32,000 nucleotides of DNA, taken from assembly GCA_043815805.1 (NCBI GenBank), contig JBDRIN010000004.1, positions 1-32,000 on the forward strand, given 5' to 3'. Shown here piece after piece: positions 22,268-30,342 of this stretch. A program made the position numbers and the translations under genes. The first letter of the stretch is position 1; the number at the start of each line of letters is the position of its first letter. The notes below the pieces were generated by a model. The model was not told where the DNA came from. It saw only the letters and a list, made by a program, of their open reading frames with translations, and did no database searches. Source of the stretch: an archaeon. GTDB taxonomy: Archaea; Nanobdellota; Nanobdellia; Woesearchaeales; JBDRIN01.

Positions 22268-23446
22268 TTAATCTATAAACTCTATCCCTAAGTCTTCCCC
22301 CATATCTTTTCTTCCTTTTGAGACAGTGCTCCTCCCAATGATCTGGGAACTCTTCACTCCTGTGACAATCAATAAGGTCCTGATGGTGCCTTCCAGATCA
22401 TCTTGGATTTGGGCTCCCCAAATCAACCTTGCGTCTTCATCCAATTTCACAGACACAGCTTCAACAACCCTTCTTGCTTCGTCCAATGTCATGTCCGGAC
22501 CTCCGGCGACATTGATCAATGCTCCGTTGGCGCCTGAGATGTCGACGTCAAGCAGGGGATTCTGGATGGCTTTTTCAACAGCCTCAATAGCTCGGTTCTC
22601 TGTGTCAGACTCTCCGACACCGATCAAAGCGACTCCACCATTGCCCATCACAGCCCTGATGTCTGCGAAGTCAAGGTTTACTAGTCCTGCTTTGGTCACA
22701 AGCTCTGCGATGCCTTTGACTGCATTCGTCAATATCTCGTCTGCTATCTTAAATGCTGTATGCAACGGCAAGTCCGGAGCCAACTCCAAGAGCTTGTCGT
22801 TTGGTATGACAATCAATGTGTCGACGCTGCCTTCTAATTTTTCCAGGCCAAGCACAGCGTTCTCGTATCTTCTGCTGCCTTCCATCTCGAATGGAAGAGT
22901 GACGATCCCCACTGTCAATGCGCCTAGTTTTTTGGCGACGTCTGCAACAACAGGAGCGGCTCCTGTACCTGTTCCTCCTCCAAGGCCGCAGGTGACAAAT
23001 ACCATGTCAGCTCCTTGTAGGGCTTGCTTTATCTCATGCTCTGATTCACGGGCAGCTTCTTCTCCTATCTTAGGTATGGACCCTGCTCCCAAACCTTTGG
23101 TGAGGTCTTTTCCTATGAGTATCTTCTTGTCAGCTGTGGTGTAAAGCAAGTCTTGGGCGTCAGTGTTTATGGCAATGGTTTCAGCACCGACTATGCCTAC
23201 TTCTGCTATCCTGTTTATGGTATTGTTTCCGCCGCCGCCTGCTCCGACAACTTTTATCTTGGCTTTCTGCTTGCTCAAAAGCTCTTCCAGCTCAGCATCC
23301 AATATATTCCTGGATTTCTCAGCCTTTTCCTGGACAGCACTAGGCTTTGAATATCTCCCTTGTACAGCTCTCTCCTCCTCGTGTCTATGCTGTTCCCGAA
23401 GCTTTATTGCAGCGTTTTCTTGTGCAGCTTGTATGATCGAATCCAA
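22268..23446 (-). CDS. ftsZ: Cell division GTPase FtsZ with ~60-aa charged N-terminal extension
   Basis: Motifs are [14 protein letters not shown], the tubulin signature [15 protein letters not shown], and NLDFADI. Confidence 0.95.
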   Translation of the reverse strand: MDSIIQAAQENAAIKLREQHRHEEERAVQGRYSKPSAVQEKAEKSRNILDAELEELLSKQKAKIKVVGAGGGGNNTINRIAEVGIVGAETIAINTDAQDLLYTTADKKILIGKDLTKGLGAGSIPKIGEEAARESEHEIKQALQGADMVFVTCGLGGGTGTGAAPVVADVAKKLGALTVGIVTLPFEMEGSRRYENAVLGLEKLEGSVDTLIVIPNDKLLELAPDLPLHTAFKIADEILTNAVKGIAELVTKAGLVNLDFADIRAVMGNGGVALIGVGESDTENRAIEAVEKAIQNPLLDVDISGANGALINVAGGPDMTLDEARRVVEAVSVKLDEDARLIWGAQIQDDLEGTIRTLLIVTGVKSSQIIGRSTVSKGRKDMGEDLGIEFID

Positions 23447-23501
23447 TTTAACACCTCCCGTGAGTAATAATTTTATTTAAAAGGCCTCATATATTTAAAC
23501 T

Positions 23502-24143
23502 TTATTGTTTTTGAATGGTAACGTCTTTCAATTTGGCCAGACGCTTTACGTCTTCCAGGATCTTGTCAAGGATCTCCTTGGGAAGCTCTGTGTTGAGCTT
23601 GACAGTTGCTTTGTCTTCAGCGATTGAGATTTCCTTGAATTTCATGTCAAAAAGCTTGAGCAAGGCCTCTACCTGCTCTTTCTTGTCTGAAACTACACGA
23701 GTGATCTTGAATTTGTAAATTAAGTCATGGCTTGCCAATGGATGATTAAAATCGATGATGACTCTGCCTCCGGAAACATTCCTTACAATCCCGAACGTAT
23801 TGTCCACATTGACCTCTAATCCTGGAAATGGGCTTATCTGCTGGTCCTTGAAAGTCTTCATAGGTATTAGTTTGAGAAGCTTGGCTGATTTCTTGCCGAA
23901 AGCATCCTCATCCTTTATCTCGATCTCATAATTCTGGTCGAGGTTTTTCCCCTCAACAAACTTGTCCAATCCTTTTATGAGATGTCCTTCTCCTAGCACA
24001 ACAATGACCGGCTTGTATTCTGCTTTCTCGTTCAGCTCGTTCTCTGTCGCTATTTTTGGGTCTGTGGTGTCAAAGACTTTTCCGGTGTCTTTTACAGTGC
24101 CGGTGTAAGCCAGCTCGATGAAATCTCCTTTTTTCACAGTCAT
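23502..24143 (-). CDS. FKBP-type peptidyl-prolyl cis-trans isomerase (archaeal long/SlyD-like type)
   Basis: Blocks are KKGDFIELAYTGTVKDTGKVFDTTD, VIVVLGEGHLIKGLDKFVEG and HPLASHDLIYKFKI. Confidence 0.8.
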   Translation of the reverse strand: MTVKKGDFIELAYTGTVKDTGKVFDTTDPKIATENELNEKAEYKPVIVVLGEGHLIKGLDKFVEGKNLDQNYEIEIKDEDAFGKKSAKLLKLIPMKTFKDQQISPFPGLEVNVDNTFGIVRNVSGGRVIIDFNHPLASHDLIYKFKITRVVSDKKEQVEALLKLFDMKFKEISIAEDKATVKLNTELPKEILDKILEDVKRLAKLKDVTIQKQ

Positions 24144-24214
24144 TTTGTCTACCTTCTCCTGATTAGCTCCTCTAAATTCTGAGAAGAATTATAAAACAAA
24201 GGAACAGTTGATTA

Positions 24215-24222
24215 TTTATAAA
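24215..24222 (-). promoter_or_regulatory. TATA box (TTTATAAA) for the FKBP gene
   Basis: It directly abuts the 24224-24246 hairpin and lies about 75 nt upstream of ATG 24143, which has a GGAGAAGG SD. Confidence 0.45.
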
Positions 24223-24223
24223 T

Positions 24224-24270
24224 CTTTCCCTTTGGAAAAGGGAAAGTTACGAATGTAATGAGTTAACTTT
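24224..24270 (-). repeat. Copy 2 of the hairpin plus conserved tail element (3' end of cmk / FKBP promoter)
   Basis: CTTTCCCTTT-GGA-AAAGGGAAAG forms the stem, followed by TTACGAATGTAATGAGTTAACTTT. The tail supplies the last 8 codons and the stop of cmk. Confidence 0.6.
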
Positions 24271-24822
24271 CGAATGTTTTTTGACTTCTTCCAAGACCTT
24301 TCTCTCGACTTTAGGTATAGGGAGCTTGGAAGTATCTACAACAATGTCATAGTTTGACTTGTCGTAAGGGTCAACGTTGTAATAGCGAACGAAGCGGTCC
24401 TTGGCAACTTCTATCCGTTTTTTCAGGGCAGCCCTTAACTCATCCTTGTCCTTGAACTCTCCCTCGTTCCTGTCAGTAGGCTTCTGGAGCTCTTTCCACC
24501 TCCGTTCGAGAGCGACTTCGAAATCCACGTCCAGGAATACTTTTAATGAGTTCGGAACAAAATGGAAAGCCAGATGGCCGTCCAGGACGATATTATCTTT
24601 GGTCTTGCCCAGGTCTTCCTGATACTTATCAATCTCTAAATCCCACTTAGGGTCTTTAGCAGCATGCTCTTGGAACTCATGCAATGACATGTTGTGTTTC
24701 TTGGCAATATCCCTGAGGATGCGGCCTCCAGAATAATAATACTCATATCCTAGTTCTTCAGCAAGCCATTTCCCCACAGTGCTCTTGCCGCTGCTCAACA
24801 TCCCAGATATGGTTATTATCAT
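24247..24822 (-). CDS. cmk: Cytidylate (CMP) kinase, archaeal type
   Basis: MIITISGMLSSGKSTVGKWLAEELG is a P-loop, and ...ILRDIAKKHNMSLHEFQE...DLEIDKYQ is the archaeal cmk pattern. A TATA-like CCTTTATATA lies about 25 nt upstream. Confidence 0.7.
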   Translation of the reverse strand: MIITISGMLSSGKSTVGKWLAEELGYEYYYSGGRILRDIAKKHNMSLHEFQEHAAKDPKWDLEIDKYQEDLGKTKDNIVLDGHLAFHFVPNSLKVFLDVDFEVALERRWKELQKPTDRNEGEFKDKDELRAALKKRIEVAKDRFVRYYNVDPYDKSNYDIVVDTSKLPIPKVERKVLEEVKKHSKVNSLHS

Positions 24823-24923
24823 AAAGAAAAGAGAGAAGAGCTCCTATATAAAGGTTATCAGAACTACTGGAGAAGGGCGACAATAGAAAGGTTTATATAT
24901 TAGTGAATTGTTCAGGAAAAAAT

Positions 24924-25793
24924 ATGGTTTACGCAGTTGAAGATATTGGTGGAGGAAGACATGTAGCTGTTTTTGAACAGGATATGACTGAATCCTGCAG
25001 GTTATCTCTTAGAGATCCAAATGTAGATGCTCATACTGGAGAACATGCAATAGTGATGGCTTTCCAACTTATCGGTGCCGGTTATGAAGGCGCTTTGAAA
25101 ATGAATCGGCCTAAAGGAAGTCCTCCAGATATAACGCAGGTTTCTTACGAATTCCAAAAAAAACTTCAAGTCGGTAAAGAAGCTATTTTTAGGGATACTG
25201 CATCAGAAGGCAGCTCCAAATATGAAAGTAATGTCATATCATCTCAAAGAAAGCAGTTAATGGAAGGAAAAATATCGTTCGGAGAACTGGGCACAAGCAC
25301 TGCCAAAATCATGAGCGACCCACATTACCAAAACCAATTTGTTTTAGGAGAAGAATTTGAGTATAAAAAAGAACCTGTTCCAGATTATGAACTGTTTGCA
25401 AGGGGATTAGGCCTATCAGCAGATAGAAAAACCATTGTTCACCCGATTATGGTTGCAGGTCTTTGTACAGGAAATATTGCTGACTATCTTATTGAAGAAG
25501 GTATAGTTACCAAGACCGAGAGTGGCCTAGTCGCTGCCGATCCTGAAAAAGTGTTGGTTTTCGGGAATCACGCTGTGAGACTGTACAGGGAAATAGAATC
25601 TCTTGGACACGGAGACACAATAACTTCCTATTCCAAAGCAAGGAAAGCAAGCTTTGAAGCAACAACTGAAGAAGGGGATGATAGTTTACTTATGAGAGTA
25701 CAAACCCAGCAGATAGGGCCAGATCAAAGACATTTATGTGACATAACAAGTATGCTGCTGCTTGTTCCTAAATCCAAAATTCAAGAGGATTAA
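24924..25793 (+). CDS. Hypothetical protein
   Basis: ORF track gives a GTG at 24903. I prefer ATG 24924, about 25 nt after GGTTTATATATT. No family recognised. Confidence 0.5.
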   Translation: MVYAVEDIGGGRHVAVFEQDMTESCRLSLRDPNVDAHTGEHAIVMAFQLIGAGYEGALKMNRPKGSPPDITQVSYEFQKKLQVGKEAIFRDTASEGSSKYESNVISSQRKQLMEGKISFGELGTSTAKIMSDPHYQNQFVLGEEFEYKKEPVPDYELFARGLGLSADRKTIVHPIMVAGLCTGNIADYLIEEGIVTKTESGLVAADPEKVLVFGNHAVRLYREIESLGHGDTITSYSKARKASFEATTEEGDDSLLMRVQTQQIGPDQRHLCDITSMLLLVPKSKIQED

Positions 25794-25869
25794 AACCACA
25801 ACTTTTAAATACAGTCCTTTATTCTCTTTTTTCAAGTAAAATCCTAAATCAACTTAGGGGGTGAAGTGT

Positions 25870-27507
25870 ATGGATAAGAATAACTATCAACCAGTATTTA
25901 TCTTGCCAGAAGATAGCCATAGGACTGTGGGGAGAGATGCTCAGAGAATGAACATCATGGCTGCAAAGCTCGTCGCTGAAACAGTCAGGACCACTCTTGG
26001 CCCGAAGGGCATGGACAAGATGTTAGTAGACAGCATGGGAGATATCATCATCACAAACGACGGAGTCACGATTCTCGAGGAGATGAACATCGAACATCCC
26101 AGCGCCAAGATGATTGTAGAGATAGCCAAGACCCAAGAGGACGAAGTGGGAGATGGAACAACAACCGCTGTCGTATTGGCAGGCGAGCTTCTTAAGAATG
26201 CAGAAGACTTACTAGAGCAGAACATCCATCCCACTGTGATAGCAAAAGGCTACAGGCTGGCGCAGCAGAAAGCAATAGAGATCCTTAATGAGATTGCAGA
26301 ACCTGTGACAGAAAACCAGACAGACATCCTGAAAAAGATCGCTATAACTGCCATGACAGGGAAAGGAGCAGAGTTCTCAAAAGAATTCCTTGCGGCTCTT
26401 GTCACAGACGGAATAAAAAAGATCAGCGAGAAAGATAATGGGTCCTTCTACATAGACATAGACAACATCAAGATAGAGAAAAAAGTCGGTGGAAGTGTAG
26501 AGGACACAGAGATGATCGACGGCATCGTATTAGACAAGGAAAAATCCCACTCAGGCATGCCAAGGCAGATAAAAGATGCAAAGATTGCATTGATAGATTC
26601 TGCTTTAGAGATAAAAAGCACAGAGATGGATGCTAAGATCTCCATAACAGACCCTCAAAAGATGCAGGCTTTCATAGATATGGAAGAGAACATGCTGAAA
26701 AAGATGGTCTTCAATCTGGAGAAATCCGGAGCAACCGTTGTCTTCTGCCAGAAAGGCATCGATGACCTGGCCCAGCACTTCATGTCAAAGAAAGGCATGT
26801 ATGCGTGCAGAAGAGTCACAAAGAGCGACATGGAAAGATTGGCAAAGGCCACAGGTGCAAAGATCATCACAAACCTGGATGACCTGTCAGACAAAGACCT
26901 GGGAAAAGCAGGCCTAGTGGAAGAGGTAAAGGTAGGCGACGAAGGCATGACCTATGTGAGAGAATGCAAGAATGCCAAGTCTGTCACCATACTTGTCAGA
27001 GGAGGAACAGAGCACGTCATAGACGAGATAAAGAGAGCATTAGATGATGCGATTGGAGATGTGACCGCTGCCCTGAAGAACCACAAGGTTGTGGGAGGTG
27101 CCGGCGCTCCAGAGATTGAGGTATCAAGGCAGCTCAACAAATATTCTAACTCTCTTTCAGGAAGGGAGCAGCTTGCTGTGAAAGCTTTCGCAAACGCGAT
27201 GGAAGTGATCCCCAGGACCCTTGCAGAGAACGCAGGGCTTGATCCGATAGACACATTGACAGAATTGAAAGCTGCTCATGACAAGAAGCAGAAATGGGCA
27301 GGCATAAACGTCTTCACAGGAAAGGTTATGGATGCTTGGAAAAGAGGCGTCATAGAGCCATTAAAGATTAAAACTCAGGCAGTCAGCTCAGCGAGCGAAG
27401 TCGCTATCATGATTTTAAGGATAGACGATGTCATAGCCACGGGTTCAAGCAGTCAGAACATGCCGCCTCCAGGCAGAATGCCGCATGGAATGCCAGGAAT
27501 GGACTGA
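25870..27507 (+). CDS. ths: Thermosome subunit (group II chaperonin)
   Basis: Motifs are [20 protein letters not shown] and [15 protein letters not shown], with a C-terminal ...GMPGMD tail. ATG 25870 is preceded by GGGGGTGA. Confidence 0.95.
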   Translation: MDKNNYQPVFILPEDSHRTVGRDAQRMNIMAAKLVAETVRTTLGPKGMDKMLVDSMGDIIITNDGVTILEEMNIEHPSAKMIVEIAKTQEDEVGDGTTTAVVLAGELLKNAEDLLEQNIHPTVIAKGYRLAQQKAIEILNEIAEPVTENQTDILKKIAITAMTGKGAEFSKEFLAALVTDGIKKISEKDNGSFYIDIDNIKIEKKVGGSVEDTEMIDGIVLDKEKSHSGMPRQIKDAKIALIDSALEIKSTEMDAKISITDPQKMQAFIDMEENMLKKMVFNLEKSGATVVFCQKGIDDLAQHFMSKKGMYACRRVTKSDMERLAKATGAKIITNLDDLSDKDLGKAGLVEEVKVGDEGMTYVRECKNAKSVTILVRGGTEHVIDEIKRALDDAIGDVTAALKNHKVVGGAGAPEIEVSRQLNKYSNSLSGREQLAVKAFANAMEVIPRTLAENAGLDPIDTLTELKAAHDKKQKWAGINVFTGKVMDAWKRGVIEPLKIKTQAVSSASEVAIMILRIDDVIATGSSSQNMPPPGRMPHGMPGMD

Positions 27508-27562
27508 TTATAGAAAAGTATTTAAATAATCTTTCCAATTGTTATAAAAAAGAGGGTGTATT

Positions 27563-28141
27563 ATGGTAGAGGATGATTTTGAACTGGTTTCTCATGATGA
27601 GATAGAGAAGTTAAGGAAAGAAGTGGATCAGATAAAGAAGAGCCCTTTTGGTGATACCCAGACAGGGATGACCCTGCTTGATTCTATGAATGACCTCACC
27701 AGGGCCATAAACAACCTTGTCTCTATCTTTGAGAACACAGAAAAAGAGCTCTTGAACGAATATTCAAAAGAGAAAGCAGGCTATAAGATAGACACTTTAT
27801 TGCAGCAGAACAAAGAGATCGCAGAGGGCATAATAAAAGTTGCAGAGATGGTGAAGGCGCCTCCGAAAAAAGAGCAATTCATGCCTCCACCAAGGATAAG
27901 AGACAATCCTTCTTTCCCGCCAGTAGATTTTCACGAGCCTAAGCTGCCTTCGAGACCCGCATCACAGCCGCATCTCCATCCTCATTATCCTCCTATGCCA
28001 AGACCTGCCTTTGCGCCGAGAAGGCCAGTACCGTCTGGAAACAAGGACGAGTTCGGTCTGGCCATGCCTCCGCCGCCTTCTGACTTGATATTTTCAAAAG
28101 AGAAATCAAAGAAAAAACGCAGCTTGTTCGGCAAAAAATGA
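27563..28141 (+). CDS. Hypothetical coiled-coil protein with proline-rich C-terminal half and basic tip
   Basis: ORF track. GAGGGTG SD lies upstream. The N-terminal half is helical and the C-terminal half is PPP/PxP-rich, ending KKKRSLFGKK. The stop overlaps the next start (ATGA). Confidence 0.5.
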   Translation: MVEDDFELVSHDEIEKLRKEVDQIKKSPFGDTQTGMTLLDSMNDLTRAINNLVSIFENTEKELLNEYSKEKAGYKIDTLLQQNKEIAEGIIKVAEMVKAPPKKEQFMPPPRIRDNPSFPPVDFHEPKLPSRPASQPHLHPHYPPMPRPAFAPRRPVPSGNKDEFGLAMPPPPSDLIFSKEKSKKKRSLFGKK

Positions 28142-28542
28142 TCCCTCACTTCAGAAAAGATTTTTTTCTAATAGCATCCAAGTACGCTAAGAGCAAAAGG
28201 AGCAGGAATGTTGAGCGGGTGTTGAAAAAACAGCCTATAGTGAAGAAAAGGCTTCCAGACGGCAGGTCAAGACCAAAGATATATGAGATGCCTAAACCCA
28301 AACCTTATGTCAAGCCTGTCGCTCCAAGGCCTGAACCTGTCTTAGAGATCAAGAGGAAACCAAAAAGAACGGTCTCTGCAAGAAAGGTGAAGATAAAAGA
28401 GATAGAGCTGCAGCTGAAAGAGCTCGAAGTTTTCTATAAGCAATTGAAGAGAAAAGGATATCCTATGGAATCATTGAAGAAACTTGATAGGAAAATGAAA
28501 GAAATAAAAAAATCTATAAAAAAGAAGAAACAAAAGACTTAA
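28138..28542 (+). CDS. Hypothetical, very basic K/R/P-rich protein
   Basis: ORF track. It is translationally coupled to the upstream ORF by an ATGA overlap. No family recognised. Confidence 0.45.
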   Translation: MIPHFRKDFFLIASKYAKSKRSRNVERVLKKQPIVKKRLPDGRSRPKIYEMPKPKPYVKPVAPRPEPVLEIKRKPKRTVSARKVKIKEIELQLKELEVFYKQLKRKGYPMESLKKLDRKMKEIKKSIKKKKQKT

Positions 28543-28709
28543 AGGTCTTTTGCCATTATGGTCTTTCTTCCGTTGGCTTCTGCCCTTGCAACAGCGTCTT
28601 TCACAAGTCCCTTGACTTTCTCGTTCAGTGCTTCTGAGAAGTCACCACCAAGGTTGAAGTCACCGATGTTTTCCTTTATCTTAGCTTTCACTATTATCCA
28701 GTCTGCCAT
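28539..28709 (-). CDS. Small histone-fold-like (DUF1931-type) protein
   Basis: MADWIIVKAKIKE...FSEALNEKVKGLVKDAVARAEANGRKTIMAKDL resembles single histone-fold DUF1931 proteins. ATG 28709 lies 6 nt after GGAGGTG. The track start is an upstream TTG. Confidence 0.55.
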   Translation of the reverse strand: MADWIIVKAKIKENIGDFNLGGDFSEALNEKVKGLVKDAVARAEANGRKTIMAKDL

Positions 28710-28778
28710 ATTCTGCACCTCCAAGTATTCGAGGAGGTTCCAGAAATCTGAAGGATTTCCCAGAACCTCGTTGTTTTT

Positions 28779-30194
28779 CTAAACGTATTTTTTTGCCTTC
28801 TCGTGGGTCTCTTTCTCCAGACCCTTAGCATAGTTGTCCAGGAAAGAAGCTATCTTGTCTTTCACGATAGCATCAGTGCCTACTCCAGAAGGCTTGGCAC
28901 CTGTCTTTCTGACAGCTTCTCTTAATATTTCAGGATGGTCTATCACTACGCAAGGCCTCAATGGGTTCTTTATCTTTTTCTGACCTTCACGTATGGCCTT
29001 GAACAAAGGCAAGTCCATTATGGCTGAGATACTGAGACCTTTGTCGTATATGTCTTTCTGCAGGTTGCCTGCGCTGAACTGGGCAAAGGCGCAAGGTTCT
29101 ATGTCGCCGTAGGCATTCAGGTGGAAATACTTGGTTCCTGCTGCCATGCAACCGTGTGCCAATGGACCATCGTTCCAGAAGTCTGCGATAGGGAACATGT
29201 ATTTTTCACGCATCGTCCTCAACGCGTCCCTATATTCAATCCTCTGCTTTGGTGTAAGCATCAGGTCTGTGGTTGGGTTGTGGCCGTAGGGGCCGCATAT
29301 GAATGACCAGCCAAAAGTGCATCCCTTATCCATGACCTGCTTGAAGAAGATGTCGCTGGCTAGAACCTTGTAGTTGTTCGGAGTCGCTGTTACCGAGAAT
29401 CCGAAAGCCACTCCTGCCTCTCTTAGGTTGTCCATTGCCTGCAAGACCTTCTTATGGATGCCCGCATTCCTTCTTGAGTCTGTATCTTTTTCAAGTCCTT
29501 CTATGCTTATGGCAGGCATTGCATTGCCTAATTTTGCAAGTTTCTTGGCCATCGCCTTGGTGAGCAGTGTGCCGTTGGTGTATATCATAAAGATAGATTC
29601 AGGATGCTTTGCATATATCTTCAGCATGTCTGTCCTTACAAAAGGCTCCCCACCAGTTATGACAAAGAAATTATCGTTCCATTCCTTTTCCATGTCTGTT
29701 ATGAACCGGTCTATCAGCTCGAAACTCATCTCTTCATCTTTTCTTTTGGCGTGGCCGCTTGCATAGCAGCCGTCGCAGATAGGGACCATGTTGCATCTGT
29801 AAGTGGGGCTTATGACGACAAGTGCAGGGTAGGCATCGCCGTACTTCTTCCTGAACTCTTCTCTTGTCTGTATGTTGTCCAGGAAACTCTTTGCGACAAG
29901 ACTGGTGATTATACTTTTTCTTGTTGCAGAGCTGAATTCTGGAAACATGTCGAACCCTCTCTTGACCAGGGACTTCACATATAATACCTTGTCTATTTTC
30001 TCTGCCTTAGAGTAGGGTAGCTTTTCGATCTCTTCTTCGATCCGCTTCATCAGTCTAGGCTCGATCAATTTCCTGGTAGCTTTGTTCTTTATTAGAAAAG
30101 ATGCTGTTGAAGGAGCCATAGTTGTTTTTTGGACAAAACTTTCTACAAACTTATTCAACATTGCTTGGGTTACGTTTTTCATGTTAATAAACAC
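28779..30194 (-). CDS. Radical SAM enzyme with SPASM/twitch-like C-terminal cysteine domain; non-canonical CX5CX2C cluster motif
   Basis: YRCNMVPICDGCY (codons verified at 29766-29795), ITGGEPF, and a C-terminal GCMAAGTKYFHLNAYGDIEPCAF ... RPCVV. Substrate unknown. Confidence 0.75.
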   Translation of the reverse strand: MFINMKNVTQAMLNKFVESFVQKTTMAPSTASFLIKNKATRKLIEPRLMKRIEEEIEKLPYSKAEKIDKVLYVKSLVKRGFDMFPEFSSATRKSIITSLVAKSFLDNIQTREEFRKKYGDAYPALVVISPTYRCNMVPICDGCYASGHAKRKDEEMSFELIDRFITDMEKEWNDNFFVITGGEPFVRTDMLKIYAKHPESIFMIYTNGTLLTKAMAKKLAKLGNAMPAISIEGLEKDTDSRRNAGIHKKVLQAMDNLREAGVAFGFSVTATPNNYKVLASDIFFKQVMDKGCTFGWSFICGPYGHNPTTDLMLTPKQRIEYRDALRTMREKYMFPIADFWNDGPLAHGCMAAGTKYFHLNAYGDIEPCAFAQFSAGNLQKDIYDKGLSISAIMDLPLFKAIREGQKKIKNPLRPCVVIDHPEILREAVRKTGAKPSGVGTDAIVKDKIASFLDNYAKGLEKETHEKAKKYV

Positions 30195-30342
30195 CTCTAC
30201 GATATACAGTAATAATATGGACTAAATAGTTCTTTTTAAATCTTTTGGTTATGCTTAAAAGACAATGTTTTTACTATTACTACGAATTTCCAAACAGATT
30301 TCCTTTCGGCATCCTAGAAATCATTTTATGATTTCAATGATA

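Noticed and set aside
22326-23144. A 272-aa ORF antisense to ftsZ
   Set aside because: It lies entirely within a very well supported ftsZ CDS. The product is Ser/Pro/Thr-rich with no motifs. Gly/Ala/Val-rich genes commonly leave the complementary frame open.
178-25869. Upstream-extended starts given by the ORF track (178, 1829, 9231, 14731, 15592, 18947, 21290, 24903, 25861, 28724)
   Set aside because: Most of the extended starts are GTG/TTG (178 and 21290 are ATG) and add residues before a signal peptide or a conserved family N-terminus. A downstream start (ATG in all cases except TTG 9240) has a properly spaced SD or TATA box in each case.
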